Shown here: piece after piece, positions 31,772-39,214 of the stretch
How the letters are laid out: each line of letters starts with the position of its first letter
How positions within the stretch are numbered: position 1 is the first letter of the stretch
From: Patescibacteria group bacterium
Lineage (GTDB): Bacteria > Omnitrophota > Gorgyraeia > Gygaellales > Profunditerraquicolaceae
DNA: 64,000 nucleotides
Direction of reading: 5' to 3'
Assembly: GCA_035506195.1 (NCBI GenBank)
Contig: DATJPV010000023.1
Coordinates: 1,050-65,049 of the forward strand
The notes under the pieces: generated by a model
What the model saw: the letters and a program-made list of their open reading frames with translations, nothing else
The model's database searches: none
What the model was told of the DNA's origin: nothing
Position numbers and translations under genes: made by a program

Positions 31772-32986
31772 CTATATAGAACCTATGATCGAGCCACCGG
31801 AAAGCGCGGCCAACTTAACCGGGATAAGCTGGTTTGCCAGGTTACGGTTGGCTTTAGCCAAGACCTTGAGGTAATTGCCGGTATGGCCCTCCCAGAAACC
31901 GCGCTTAGCGCAAGATCGCCCCTCAAAAAGCACCTGCACTGTCTTGCCCAAAAAACGGCTGCGATAACGCACCGAGCAATCATCGGCTACCTGATTGACG
32001 CGCTCGATGCGCCGCTGCATTTCTGACGGCTCCAGCAGCCGATACTGCCGGCGCGCAGCTTGCGTCCCGGGCCTTTGCGAAAAAGGAAACACGTGCACCT
32101 TCAACGGCATGCTTACCTTGACCGTTGCGAGGGTATGCTGAAAGCATGCCTGCGTCTCCGCGGGAAAACCCACCAGCACATCGGTAGTAATGGCGATATC
32201 CGGTACGCGCCTGCGGATCATGCGTATCAGTTGCAAAAAATCACCGGCAGTATAAGCGCGGTTCATTGCCTCCAGCACCTCATCATCTCCGCTTTGTAAA
32301 GGGATGTGCAGGTGCTTACATAGTTTTTTTGAGCTCTTTAAAAGCCGGATCAGGCCTTCGGAAACGTCATTTACTTCTATGGAGCTCAACCTGAGGCGCA
32401 GGATCCCGGGGACCTCTTCGAGCTTACGGATAAGCGCAACCAAATCCGTCCGGCCGGAAGCGTCTTTACCATAGGAGCCCAGGCAGATGCCCGTCAAGAC
32501 GATCTCCCGGAAACCGCTTGCGGCCAAGGCAGACGCCTCGGCGCATATCGCATGCGCAGGCCGGCTGCGGGATCGCCCCCTGACCAGAGGGACTTTGCAA
32601 TAAGAACAAAAATTATTGCAACCGTCTTGTATTTTCAAAAATGCGCGGGTCCTGCCGGCAAAGGTGGTAATGCCATCGGGGAAAAAGGCCTTACTAATGA
32701 TGCAACGGACGCCTTTGATGCGGGAAAGCGCGGATGCGTCTTTTTTAACCAGGCAGCCGGTAACCAGGACTCCTGCGCGCGGATTGCGGCGGATGCATTG
32801 GCGGATCACCGCCTTGGATTTGCGGTCCGCGGCGGAAGTCACGGTGCAGGTGTTGATTACACAAAAATCGGCGGGCCTGCCGTTGTCGATAACGCGAAAA
32901 CCCGCACGGATAAAACGCTCTCTAATACTTTGCGTATCATACTGGTTTGCTTTACAGCCTAAAGTGAAGAACTTAACCGTTTTCAT
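31772..32986 (-). CDS. mtaB: MiaB/MtaB-family radical SAM tRNA methylthiotransferase (MtaB-like)
   Basis: 404 aa with an N-terminal UPF0004 domain (FFTLGCKANQYDTQ), the radical SAM motif GCNNFCSYCKVPLVRGRSRS, and a TRAM-like C-terminus. The MtaB versus MiaB/RimO assignment is tentative. Confidence 0.82.
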   Translation of the reverse strand: MKTVKFFTLGCKANQYDTQSIRERFIRAGFRVIDNGRPADFCVINTCTVTSAADRKSKAVIRQCIRRNPRAGVLVTGCLVKKDASALSRIKGVRCIISKAFFPDGITTFAGRTRAFLKIQDGCNNFCSYCKVPLVRGRSRSRPAHAICAEASALAASGFREIVLTGICLGSYGKDASGRTDLVALIRKLEEVPGILRLRLSSIEVNDVSEGLIRLLKSSKKLCKHLHIPLQSGDDEVLEAMNRAYTAGDFLQLIRMIRRRVPDIAITTDVLVGFPAETQACFQHTLATVKVSMPLKVHVFPFSQRPGTQAARRQYRLLEPSEMQRRIERVNQVADDCSVRYRSRFLGKTVQVLFEGRSCAKRGFWEGHTGNYLKVLAKANRNLANQLIPVKLAALSGGSIIGSI

Positions 32987-33707
32987 ATACAGTAATGCAG
33001 GCGGCCACGCTCAAGGCTGCGGTATCGACCCGCAACACCAGTTCTCCCAGGGAAATGCCGATGAACCCGCATTCGGCGGCGCGGGCAACCTCTTGCCGGC
33101 TGAAGTCGCCTTCCGGGCCGATACATACAATGATGCTGCGGTATCTCTGCGCGCTCAAGGCGCTTTTCAGAGAACGCCGGCTGCCGAAGAGCGAGCCGAT
33201 CAATTTAAGGTCATACTCGCCGGCCAACGCAAAAACTTTTTCCATATTCATGATCGGCTCCACAACCGGGACGGTGTTGCGCTGGCTTTGCTTTGCCGCT
33301 TCCAGCGCAATCTTTTGCCAGCGGGAAAGCCTCTGGAGCTTTTTGCGTTCATCGAGCCTAACCACAACGCGTTCGCTTTCCAGCGGTATGATACGGTCCA
33401 CGCCAAGCTGGGTGAGCTTATCTACGATTTCATCCATCTTGGCCTTTTTAGGGATAGCACAGGCAATAGCCAGGCTGTACGCCTTGGCCTTACGGTGCAG
33501 AAGCCTCTCTTTTATATCCAAGAGCACGGCTTTCTTGGAAATACTGCGAATACCGCAAAGATATTCATTGCGCTCTTCGTCGAACGCCACGATCGTATCT
33601 CCTGTCTCCAGATGCAGCACGTCCTGGATATGATGGATCTGCGCTGCGTCGTGTATGCTGATCTGAGCGGATGATATTTGTTTTGACGAAACTAAACACC
33701 GGTGCAT
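32973..33707 (-). CDS. rsmE: 16S rRNA (uracil1498-N3)-methyltransferase RsmE
   Basis: 244 aa with a PUA-like N-terminus and the C-terminal knot motif GPEGDFSRQEV...ISLGELVLRVDTAAL. Confidence 0.88.
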   Translation of the reverse strand: MHRCLVSSKQISSAQISIHDAAQIHHIQDVLHLETGDTIVAFDEERNEYLCGIRSISKKAVLLDIKERLLHRKAKAYSLAIACAIPKKAKMDEIVDKLTQLGVDRIIPLESERVVVRLDERKKLQRLSRWQKIALEAAKQSQRNTVPVVEPIMNMEKVFALAGEYDLKLIGSLFGSRRSLKSALSAQRYRSIIVCIGPEGDFSRQEVARAAECGFIGISLGELVLRVDTAALSVAACITVYENG

Positions 33708-33711
33708 TCTC

Positions 33712-34368
33712 TCACCTATACGCTTTCATTATCACCTGGATCCCTAGAACTGCGATCACCAAACCGCAGCTCGTTCGCAACAGCCGCACATAGATAGCCG
33801 GCCCCCTGCGCAGCCAGGCCGGGATACATCCTGCCAGCGCTACCAGTACGATAAGCACGGATACGCACGTCCCTGCACCGAACGCCAGACCGTAGCAGAA
33901 GGCCTGTGCCCATGTTTTCGATACCAACCCCACATACGAAAGCACGGCAAACAAGGGGGCGCAAGGGGATATCCCCAGGACCAACCCCAGTAAGAGAGCG
34001 CTGGGGTAACCCTTTTGCAGAAAATGAGCTTCGAACATGCGACAGACTGGCCAGGCCAAATCCTTCCCCAGCGCCATGAGTACCCCTATTACGGCAATGA
34101 ACGCGCCTCCGGCAATCGCCGCATATCTGGCGATGCTGCCGCAGGCTCCTTCGAACACAAAGCTACCCGCAAAGAATACGGCGATACTCAAGCCCGCATA
34201 TACCGCCATGCGGCCGGCGCAAAACTGGGCATAAAAAGCCAGGGCCCCGGTAACGTTCTTGCGGGTGCCGGCAACATACGATACCAGTATCGGCCCGCAA
34301 CTGGCCGCGCAGGGACCACAGCCTAACAACAAACCGGTAACGAAAAGATTCGCAATAAGGGGGAACAC
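33712..34368 (-). CDS. CcdA/DsbD_2-like thiol-disulfide transporter family membrane protein
   Basis: 218 aa with about 6 TM helices and paired Cys-Pro membrane motifs (LGCGPCAASCGP in TM1 and GISPCAPL in TM4), as in the CcdA/DsbD core. Recognised from memory of the family only. Confidence 0.6.
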   Translation of the reverse strand: MFPLIANLFVTGLLLGCGPCAASCGPILVSYVAGTRKNVTGALAFYAQFCAGRMAVYAGLSIAVFFAGSFVFEGACGSIARYAAIAGGAFIAVIGVLMALGKDLAWPVCRMFEAHFLQKGYPSALLLGLVLGISPCAPLFAVLSYVGLVSKTWAQAFCYGLAFGAGTCVSVLIVLVALAGCIPAWLRRGPAIYVRLLRTSCGLVIAVLGIQVIMKAYR

Positions 34369-34370
34369 CG

Positions 34371-35888
34371 CTAGGGCTCTTTTTCGGAGAAGACCGTAGC
34401 CGTAAACACATAAAGCTCGGTAGCTTTTTCTTTCCAGGCGTCGGGGGAAAGCCCTGCCTTATGGCTGCAGAGCGCAGAGAGGAATTCCTCCTTTGACCAG
34501 CCGGTTTCTGCGGCCACCTGGGGCAGGAACACGCCGCTACGGTATCCGCGCTTTACCAATACGCCGTGGGTCCCGAGCTTTATTTCATCGACGGAAGAAA
34601 CCCGCTGGAGAGGAGAAAGTACCGAAATCTCTATCTCGGCATCCTTAAGCTCTGCCGGCTGAAGGGGCGGGAAACGCGGATCCCCCACTGCCGACTCGAC
34701 GGCCATATCCCTTATCGTCAGGTATAACGGCTGATTGCCGACGAGATTACCGATGCAGCCGCGCAGCTGGCCATGCTCGTGCAAGGTTACAAAGGCGCCG
34801 TGCGCCTTGGACAGGACCGGATCGTCTTCAACAAGCTCCATGCGCTTGCCGGTTTTTAAATATGCTTCTATCGAGGCGCGGGCGATCTCCAGAAGCCTTT
34901 TTTTCTGGTTAGTGTTGAGCATCTGCGCTCCCCTTTCCTGTGGTTGGTCGATGGCACAGCTGGAGTAACCCACGGTCCAGATACCCTTGATCTTTCTTCC
35001 GGTCACCACCGCGGAATTCGTGTAGTGCAGGACCTCAAGCGTTTCGTGCCCCAGCGACTTGGCCAGATCAAGCACGGTGACAACCGGAAAACCTCCGCAT
35101 AGCTGGGCTTTTTCCTCGCGCAAGCCATAGTATAATCCCAATACGTCCATATTCCTTAAATACACCAGGGTCTGCCTGTCCGCGGCCTCCGCGGCCTCAT
35201 AGTCGTAACCGTGATACATATCGCTGGAAGCGACCACCAGCACATCTTCGCGCGTGCCTATCGCCTCCTTCAAGAGACTGGCAAGCTTACGGCAGACGGC
35301 AAGAGTACAGTCCCCCATAACTATCGGCACGACCTTGAATTCGGAAAGCGACCGCTGAAGAAATGGCAGCTGTACCTCCACGGAATGCTCCTGCTCAAAT
35401 GCCGCCGGCAGAAAGGTAATCGCGCCGTCCTGATTAAGGAGCCTCTGGGCAAATTGCGCATCGACTTCGACATCGCCCAGGGGCGTCCGGAATGCCCCCT
35501 GGGGATATACAGACACCGCATCAAACCCAAAACGATGGCTTGGGCCGATCACCACGACTGTCCGGTACGGCTTGCCCTTGATCAGCTTGTACGCGTATGC
35601 AGCGGTCTGGCCGGAATATCCGTATCCGGCATGCGGACAGACCAACGCAATGACCGGGCCGGACATCGGTTTAGGCTGCGCTGCCGCAAGGAACCCGTCG
35701 ACCATCGAACGCAGCTGCTGGGGGTTATCAGGATAGAACGCGCCGGCGACGTTCGGCTCTTTGATATCGGACGCAGCGCAATTCCCCTGCGCCAAGGAAC
35801 CAAAGAGCATAGCGACAGTTACGATGATTACTTTAATTCCAGACGCCTGCGATCTTTTCTCCGCAAAATTTACATTTTCCATCGACAA
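34371..35888 (-). CDS. fused AmmeMemoRadiSam system protein B (Memo-like) :: protein A (AMMECR1 domain)
   Basis: 505 aa. The Memo part has AGAFYPDNP, CPHAGYGYSGQTAAYAY and EHSVEVQLPFLQ. The AMMECR1 part has GAFVTLHEHGQLRGCIGN. An N-terminal hydrophobic segment (IKVIIVTVAMLFGSLAQG) is present. The start is uncertain because the ORF overlaps the upstream gene by 56 nt. Confidence 0.88.
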   Translation of the reverse strand: MSMENVNFAEKRSQASGIKVIIVTVAMLFGSLAQGNCAASDIKEPNVAGAFYPDNPQQLRSMVDGFLAAAQPKPMSGPVIALVCPHAGYGYSGQTAAYAYKLIKGKPYRTVVVIGPSHRFGFDAVSVYPQGAFRTPLGDVEVDAQFAQRLLNQDGAITFLPAAFEQEHSVEVQLPFLQRSLSEFKVVPIVMGDCTLAVCRKLASLLKEAIGTREDVLVVASSDMYHGYDYEAAEAADRQTLVYLRNMDVLGLYYGLREEKAQLCGGFPVVTVLDLAKSLGHETLEVLHYTNSAVVTGRKIKGIWTVGYSSCAIDQPQERGAQMLNTNQKKRLLEIARASIEAYLKTGKRMELVEDDPVLSKAHGAFVTLHEHGQLRGCIGNLVGNQPLYLTIRDMAVESAVGDPRFPPLQPAELKDAEIEISVLSPLQRVSSVDEIKLGTHGVLVKRGYRSGVFLPQVAAETGWSKEEFLSALCSHKAGLSPDAWKEKATELYVFTATVFSEKEP

Positions 35889-36936
35889 TATTCACCTCCA
35901 GCACAATATACCCCGAACGCCTGATCAAGACCTTGTTGCAGGCAGGACAATACGTCTGCTCCGCCGGATGAGGGGATATATTTCCTATATACACGTACTT
36001 GAGCCCGCAGTCAAGCGCAATATCCCTGGCCTTTTCCAGGGCGCTTACCGGCGTCGGGTTCAACGCAGCCAGTTTATACAAAGGGAAAAAGCGGGAAAAG
36101 TGCAACGGCGTATCCGCGCCCAGGTTATCCTTGATCCAGCGGCACATGGCGATGAGTGTCTGACTGTCATCGTTAAACCCCGGGACGATCAGGTTGGTAA
36201 CCTCCAGGTGCACCCCGGCTTTTTTTATGGCTTTTAACGTCTCCAGGACCGGCCCAAGCGTAGCGTCGGAAAACCGGGCGTAGTAATCATCGCTGAATCC
36301 CTTCAGGTCGATGTTCGCCGCATCCAGATACGGAAGGAGCTGCTCCAGCGGCTCTTTGTTGATATAACCGGCGGAGTGCATCATGTTGCGTATCCCCTGC
36401 TTCTTGGCCAGCTTCGCAGTCTCCAGCATATATTCATAAAATATGGTCGGCTCAGTGTAGGTATAGGCGATGGTCGGGCTGCCCGCCTCCTTGACCCTGC
36501 GCACCAGTTCTTCGGGCGATACGTCCAGAGAACTGACCTCCTCGGGCTTGCGCTGGGAGATCTCCCAGTTTTGGCAAAATTTACAGCGCAGGTTGCACCC
36601 CGCCGTGGCGATGGAATAGGCGGCGGTGCCGGGCAGAAAATGAAACAGGGGCTTTTTTTCGATCGGATCGATGTGCACGGCGACGGGCCGGGAGTATACA
36701 AGCGTATACAGCGTGCCGTTACGGTTCTCCCTTACACCGCAGAAACCGCGCCTGCCTTCGGTAATCAGGCAGTTGCGCGGACACAAATGGCACTGGACGG
36801 CCCTGTCTTTAAGTTTCTCATAAAAAAGGGCTTCTTTGAGGGTCGTTGCGGCGGTTAACCGAGGAAGCGCAATGCAGGCCCCCAAGAGGACCCAAAGGAA
36901 GGCAAAAAGGCAAGCCGCTCTTATGGCATGCTTCAT
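35833..36936 (-). CDS. AmmeMemoRadiSam system radical SAM enzyme
   Basis: 367 aa with the family-typical N-terminal Cys cluster (VQCHLCPRNCLITEGRRGFCGVR) and the radical SAM CxxxCxxC motif (CNLRCKFCQNW). It is adjacent to the Memo/AMMECR1 gene. It carries an extra hydrophobic N-terminus, MKHAIRAACLFAFLWVLLGACIALP. Confidence 0.88.
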   Translation of the reverse strand: MKHAIRAACLFAFLWVLLGACIALPRLTAATTLKEALFYEKLKDRAVQCHLCPRNCLITEGRRGFCGVRENRNGTLYTLVYSRPVAVHIDPIEKKPLFHFLPGTAAYSIATAGCNLRCKFCQNWEISQRKPEEVSSLDVSPEELVRRVKEAGSPTIAYTYTEPTIFYEYMLETAKLAKKQGIRNMMHSAGYINKEPLEQLLPYLDAANIDLKGFSDDYYARFSDATLGPVLETLKAIKKAGVHLEVTNLIVPGFNDDSQTLIAMCRWIKDNLGADTPLHFSRFFPLYKLAALNPTPVSALEKARDIALDCGLKYVYIGNISPHPAEQTYCPACNKVLIRRSGYIVLEVNIVDGKCKFCGEKIAGVWN

Positions 36937-36951
36937 GGGCAGGGATAAAAG

Positions 36952-37024
36952 TGGAGCAGATGGGATTCGAACCCACGGCCTTCGCGATGCGAACGCGACG
37001 CTCTCCCAGCTGAGCTACTGCCCC
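36952..37024 (-). tRNA. tRNA-Ala (anticodon CGC)
   Basis: The reverse complement is GGGGCAGTAGCTCAGCTGGGAGAGCGTCGCGTTCGCATCGCGAAGGCCGTGGGTTCGAATCCCATCTGCTCCA. It carries the G3:U70 alanine identity pair and the anticodon loop TTCGCAT. Confidence 0.94.
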
Positions 37025-37090
37025 AAAAGGTTGTTGTCTAGCTGTATCTTTTGGGACGTCCCCGTAGGGGGCTGCCCGAAAATATTATCC

Positions 37091-37119
37091 ACTTTACCAC
37101 ACTTTTCTGATTTTCGCAA
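37091..37119 (-). promoter_or_regulatory. possible sigma70 promoter for tRNA-Ala / AmmeMemoRadiSam unit
   Basis: The minus strand reads TTGCGA, then a 17-nt spacer (aaatcagaaaagtgtgg), then TAAAGT. It matches the consensus less well than the other promoters in the window. Confidence 0.35.
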
Positions 37120-37133
37120 ATCAAAAGGCGGGG

Positions 37134-37760
37134 TTAGTTTGCCGACACCGATGGCATGCGAATGCGCGAAAAAAGCCTGATGCTCGGATTTTTGGGGCTA
37201 CCGCACGCATCAGGGTTACCGTCCGGATCCCAGCAGGCGGTTACCTGTATTTCCAGCGTATCCGCAGACGGATTCAAAACATATGTCGGCTGAGCCGGAT
37301 CGTTGCCAAAATCAGGGCTGATCTTTTTTTGAGTAATCACCTCATATACGCCCGGGGCGGTAGTAAGGTCCGGATAATACCAGACTTCGTAATTCGGCGC
37401 GGACCGGTAACGATAGGCGATCTGCCTGTCGGCAGGAGAGGCATCCCTGCGGCCATTACCGTTATAATCGATCCATACGGTCATCGTCGTGTCTCCGCCG
37501 ATGGTGGTCATTGCTATCGGAGGGTTGATCGTATCCCCTATCGCTCCGCCCCTGTCGCTTGAACCTACGATACTGCGGGTTATGTGCCCTACCAAAAATG
37601 AAGCCTCCTGCTGCACCTGGGCGCGCCGCATCGAAATGAGCAGATGACCGTAGCAAAAGCTATCGATCATCGCAAAAGCGCCGACAATGATCGACATCAG
37701 AACCAGACTTATGATAAGCTCGATAAGCGTAAGGGATTTAAGGTGTCGGAGGGGGCTCAT
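37134..37760 (-). CDS. minor (pseudo)pilin, prepilin-type N-terminus
   Basis: 208 aa starting MSPLRHLKS/LTLIELIISLVLMSIIV. It has a class III signal-like leader with Glu at +5 but Ser at -1. It is the last gene of the pilin cluster. Confidence 0.75.
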   Translation of the reverse strand: MSPLRHLKSLTLIELIISLVLMSIIVGAFAMIDSFCYGHLLISMRRAQVQQEASFLVGHITRSIVGSSDRGGAIGDTINPPIAMTTIGGDTTMTVWIDYNGNGRRDASPADRQIAYRYRSAPNYEVWYYPDLTTAPGVYEVITQKKISPDFGNDPAQPTYVLNPSADTLEIQVTACWDPDGNPDACGSPKNPSIRLFSRIRMPSVSAN

Positions 37761-38103
37761 TCCACGTAATGGTAACTTTTACTTTTTTCAAGTGGGAATT
37801 CCCGACCCAGGCGCTCACATCAGCCGTACTGTATGCCGGGGTATAGGTAATGGGGGGCACCTGCAGGGCGCCCGGGCATCCGGTACCTGCGGTGAGGCAA
37901 TTACTGCCCCAGGTAGCCTGATTGACGTCTGCCTGCAAAGGGTCCAGAAAATACCTTCCCAGCTCTCCGCCGGCGCTACGGCTGCGGCTATGGAGCAGGC
38001 TGCGCCTGCCGGTTATGAAAACGCTGGACATCCCGGCGAGCACCAGCGCAAGCAATATTGCCGCTACCAATACCTCAATCAAGCTCACGGCCCTTTTACT
38101 CAT
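37738..38103 (-). CDS. minor (pseudo)pilin, prepilin-type N-terminus
   Basis: 121 aa starting MSKRA/VSLIEVLVAAILLALVLAG. Glu is at +5 and Ala at -1. Confidence 0.75.
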   Translation of the reverse strand: MSKRAVSLIEVLVAAILLALVLAGMSSVFITGRRSLLHSRSRSAGGELGRYFLDPLQADVNQATWGSNCLTAGTGCPGALQVPPITYTPAYSTADVSAWVGNSHLKKVKVTITWNEPPPTP

Positions 38104-38124
38104 ACAGAAACTTAAAAGAAGCCC

Positions 38125-38523
38125 TTACCATGACCCGTCGCAGGCATACGGCTCTTCCGTGGAAGCGCTTTGATTCGTGCACCAGACATGGTTGGTTTTC
38201 GTAACGCGCTGCGCCTTACCGATAAAGGCGTTAGGGGAAGTAGTAACGTTATCGACTTTATAATTCCATCGCGATCCCGCCTGCGGCAACATAAGGTTAA
38301 GCAGGGAGTTGACCGTAGTGTTGTCGGCGGCGGCGACATAAGCCCCGATTTCCATTTTGTAGATTCTTTCAGCCGACTGGATAAGCTTCAAATTGGCGAT
38401 GGCCTCTTTATCCAAGACAGCTTCTCGGTGCGCGGTATATTGGGCTACGCCGATAGTAGCCAAGACACCGATAATGACAAGCACTACCATTGTTTCCATT
38501 AAGGTGAAGCCCTTAATCTTCAT
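38125..38523 (-). CDS. prepilin-type N-terminal cleavage/methylation domain protein (pilin/GspG-like)
   Basis: 132 aa starting MKIKG/FTLMETMVVLVIIGVLATIGV, the canonical G/FTLxE motif. Confidence 0.88.
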   Translation of the reverse strand: MKIKGFTLMETMVVLVIIGVLATIGVAQYTAHREAVLDKEAIANLKLIQSAERIYKMEIGAYVAAADNTTVNSLLNLMLPQAGSRWNYKVDNVTTSPNAFIGKAQRVTKTNHVWCTNQSASTEEPYACDGSW

Positions 38524-38525
38524 AT

Positions 38526-38575
38526 AAAAAAATGACAGTCCTTATTGCGTGCCTACGCACGCAATAAGGACTGTC
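38526..38575 (-). terminator. strong intrinsic terminator immediately after the major pilin gene
   Basis: A perfect 19-bp stem pairs gacagtccttattgcgtgc (38534-38552) with gcacgcaataaggactgtc (38557-38575). The loop is 4 nt, and the hairpin is followed on the minus-strand RNA by AUUUUUUUA. Confidence 0.85.
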
Positions 38576-38595
38576 TCCGAGCTTGCACAAAACAA

Positions 38596-39024
38596 TTAAT
38601 AACCGCCAGATCCTCCCCACGTATCAACACCCGTGCTCAGGACCGATGTCAACTGGACGTCTCCAGCAGTTGATGCCTGCGGGAGTTTTCCACCAGCTGT
38701 ACAACGTGTTGCTACGCCGGTAACGTTTGTTGCAGCCGAAGTTACCGAATAGCTGAACCAATGCGAGGCGCGGCAAGCGCTGGGAATCTGATCGGCATTG
38801 GTACCGATATGGGCAGTAGAAGCCCCGGTTCCAAAACTGGCGGTGCTACCGAATTCCAAATAATATCCCGCCGATAGCTTCCTGATGTCGCCCAAAATAG
38901 CCTTGGCTTCTGCACCACGAGATTTCTCGATCATTCTGGCATATTGCGTGAAACCGAGGATCGCCAACACGCCCAAAATGATAATAACTACGATCAACTC
39001 GAGCAACGTAAAACCTTTTTTCAT
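38596..39024 (-). CDS. major type IV pilin / pseudopilin
   Basis: It starts MKKG/FTLLELIVVIIILGVLAILG followed by YARMIEKSRGAEAKAILGDIR, and has two Cys in the C-terminal half. I set the start at ATG 39024, which sits behind the strong SD AAGGAGGAG. The track start at 39072 adds 16 non-pilin residues. Confidence 0.9.
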   Translation of the reverse strand: MKKGFTLLELIVVIIILGVLAILGFTQYARMIEKSRGAEAKAILGDIRKLSAGYYLEFGSTASFGTGASTAHIGTNADQIPSACRASHWFSYSVTSAATNVTGVATRCTAGGKLPQASTAGDVQLTSVLSTGVDTWGGSGGY

Positions 39025-39167
39025 GTTGTCTCCTCCTTTTTTATTATTAAACCTGTGATTCATTTGATTCATTTTTTGTTTCTCGGAAAATTTTGATTTC
39101 GGTTATAGATGTGCTGCCTGTATCTATAGAGCCTGCCTTTACCACCCCCTTTCATGCTTCTGTTCAA

Positions 39168-39196
39168 ACTATATCACAAAATACCAATGCTGTCAA
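39168..39196 (-). promoter_or_regulatory. sigma70 promoter with extended -10 for the major pilin gene
   Basis: The minus strand reads TTGACA, then a 17-nt spacer ending in TGa, then TATAGT. It lies directly downstream of the pilC stop and about 140 nt upstream of the pilin ATG. Confidence 0.65.
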
Positions 39197-39214
39197 CAAG
39201 TTAGCAAAGAATTA

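Noticed and set aside
32616-33674. A 352-aa plus-strand ORF.
   Set aside because: It is antisense to the mtaB-like gene and rsmE, has no motifs, and has the compositional look of a shadow ORF.
35833-35888. The 56-nt overlap between the radical SAM gene and the Memo::AMMECR1 gene, considered as evidence of a frameshift or pseudogene.
   Set aside because: Both ORFs are full length with all family motifs intact. The overlap is more simply explained by genuine overlap or by a slightly downstream start (for example Met3) of the second gene.
39025-39214. A sigma54 (TGGCAC-N5-TTGC) promoter upstream of the major pilin, as in many pilA genes.
   Set aside because: I could not find a GG-N10-GC element. 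A near-consensus sigma70 promoter with an extended -10 is present instead.
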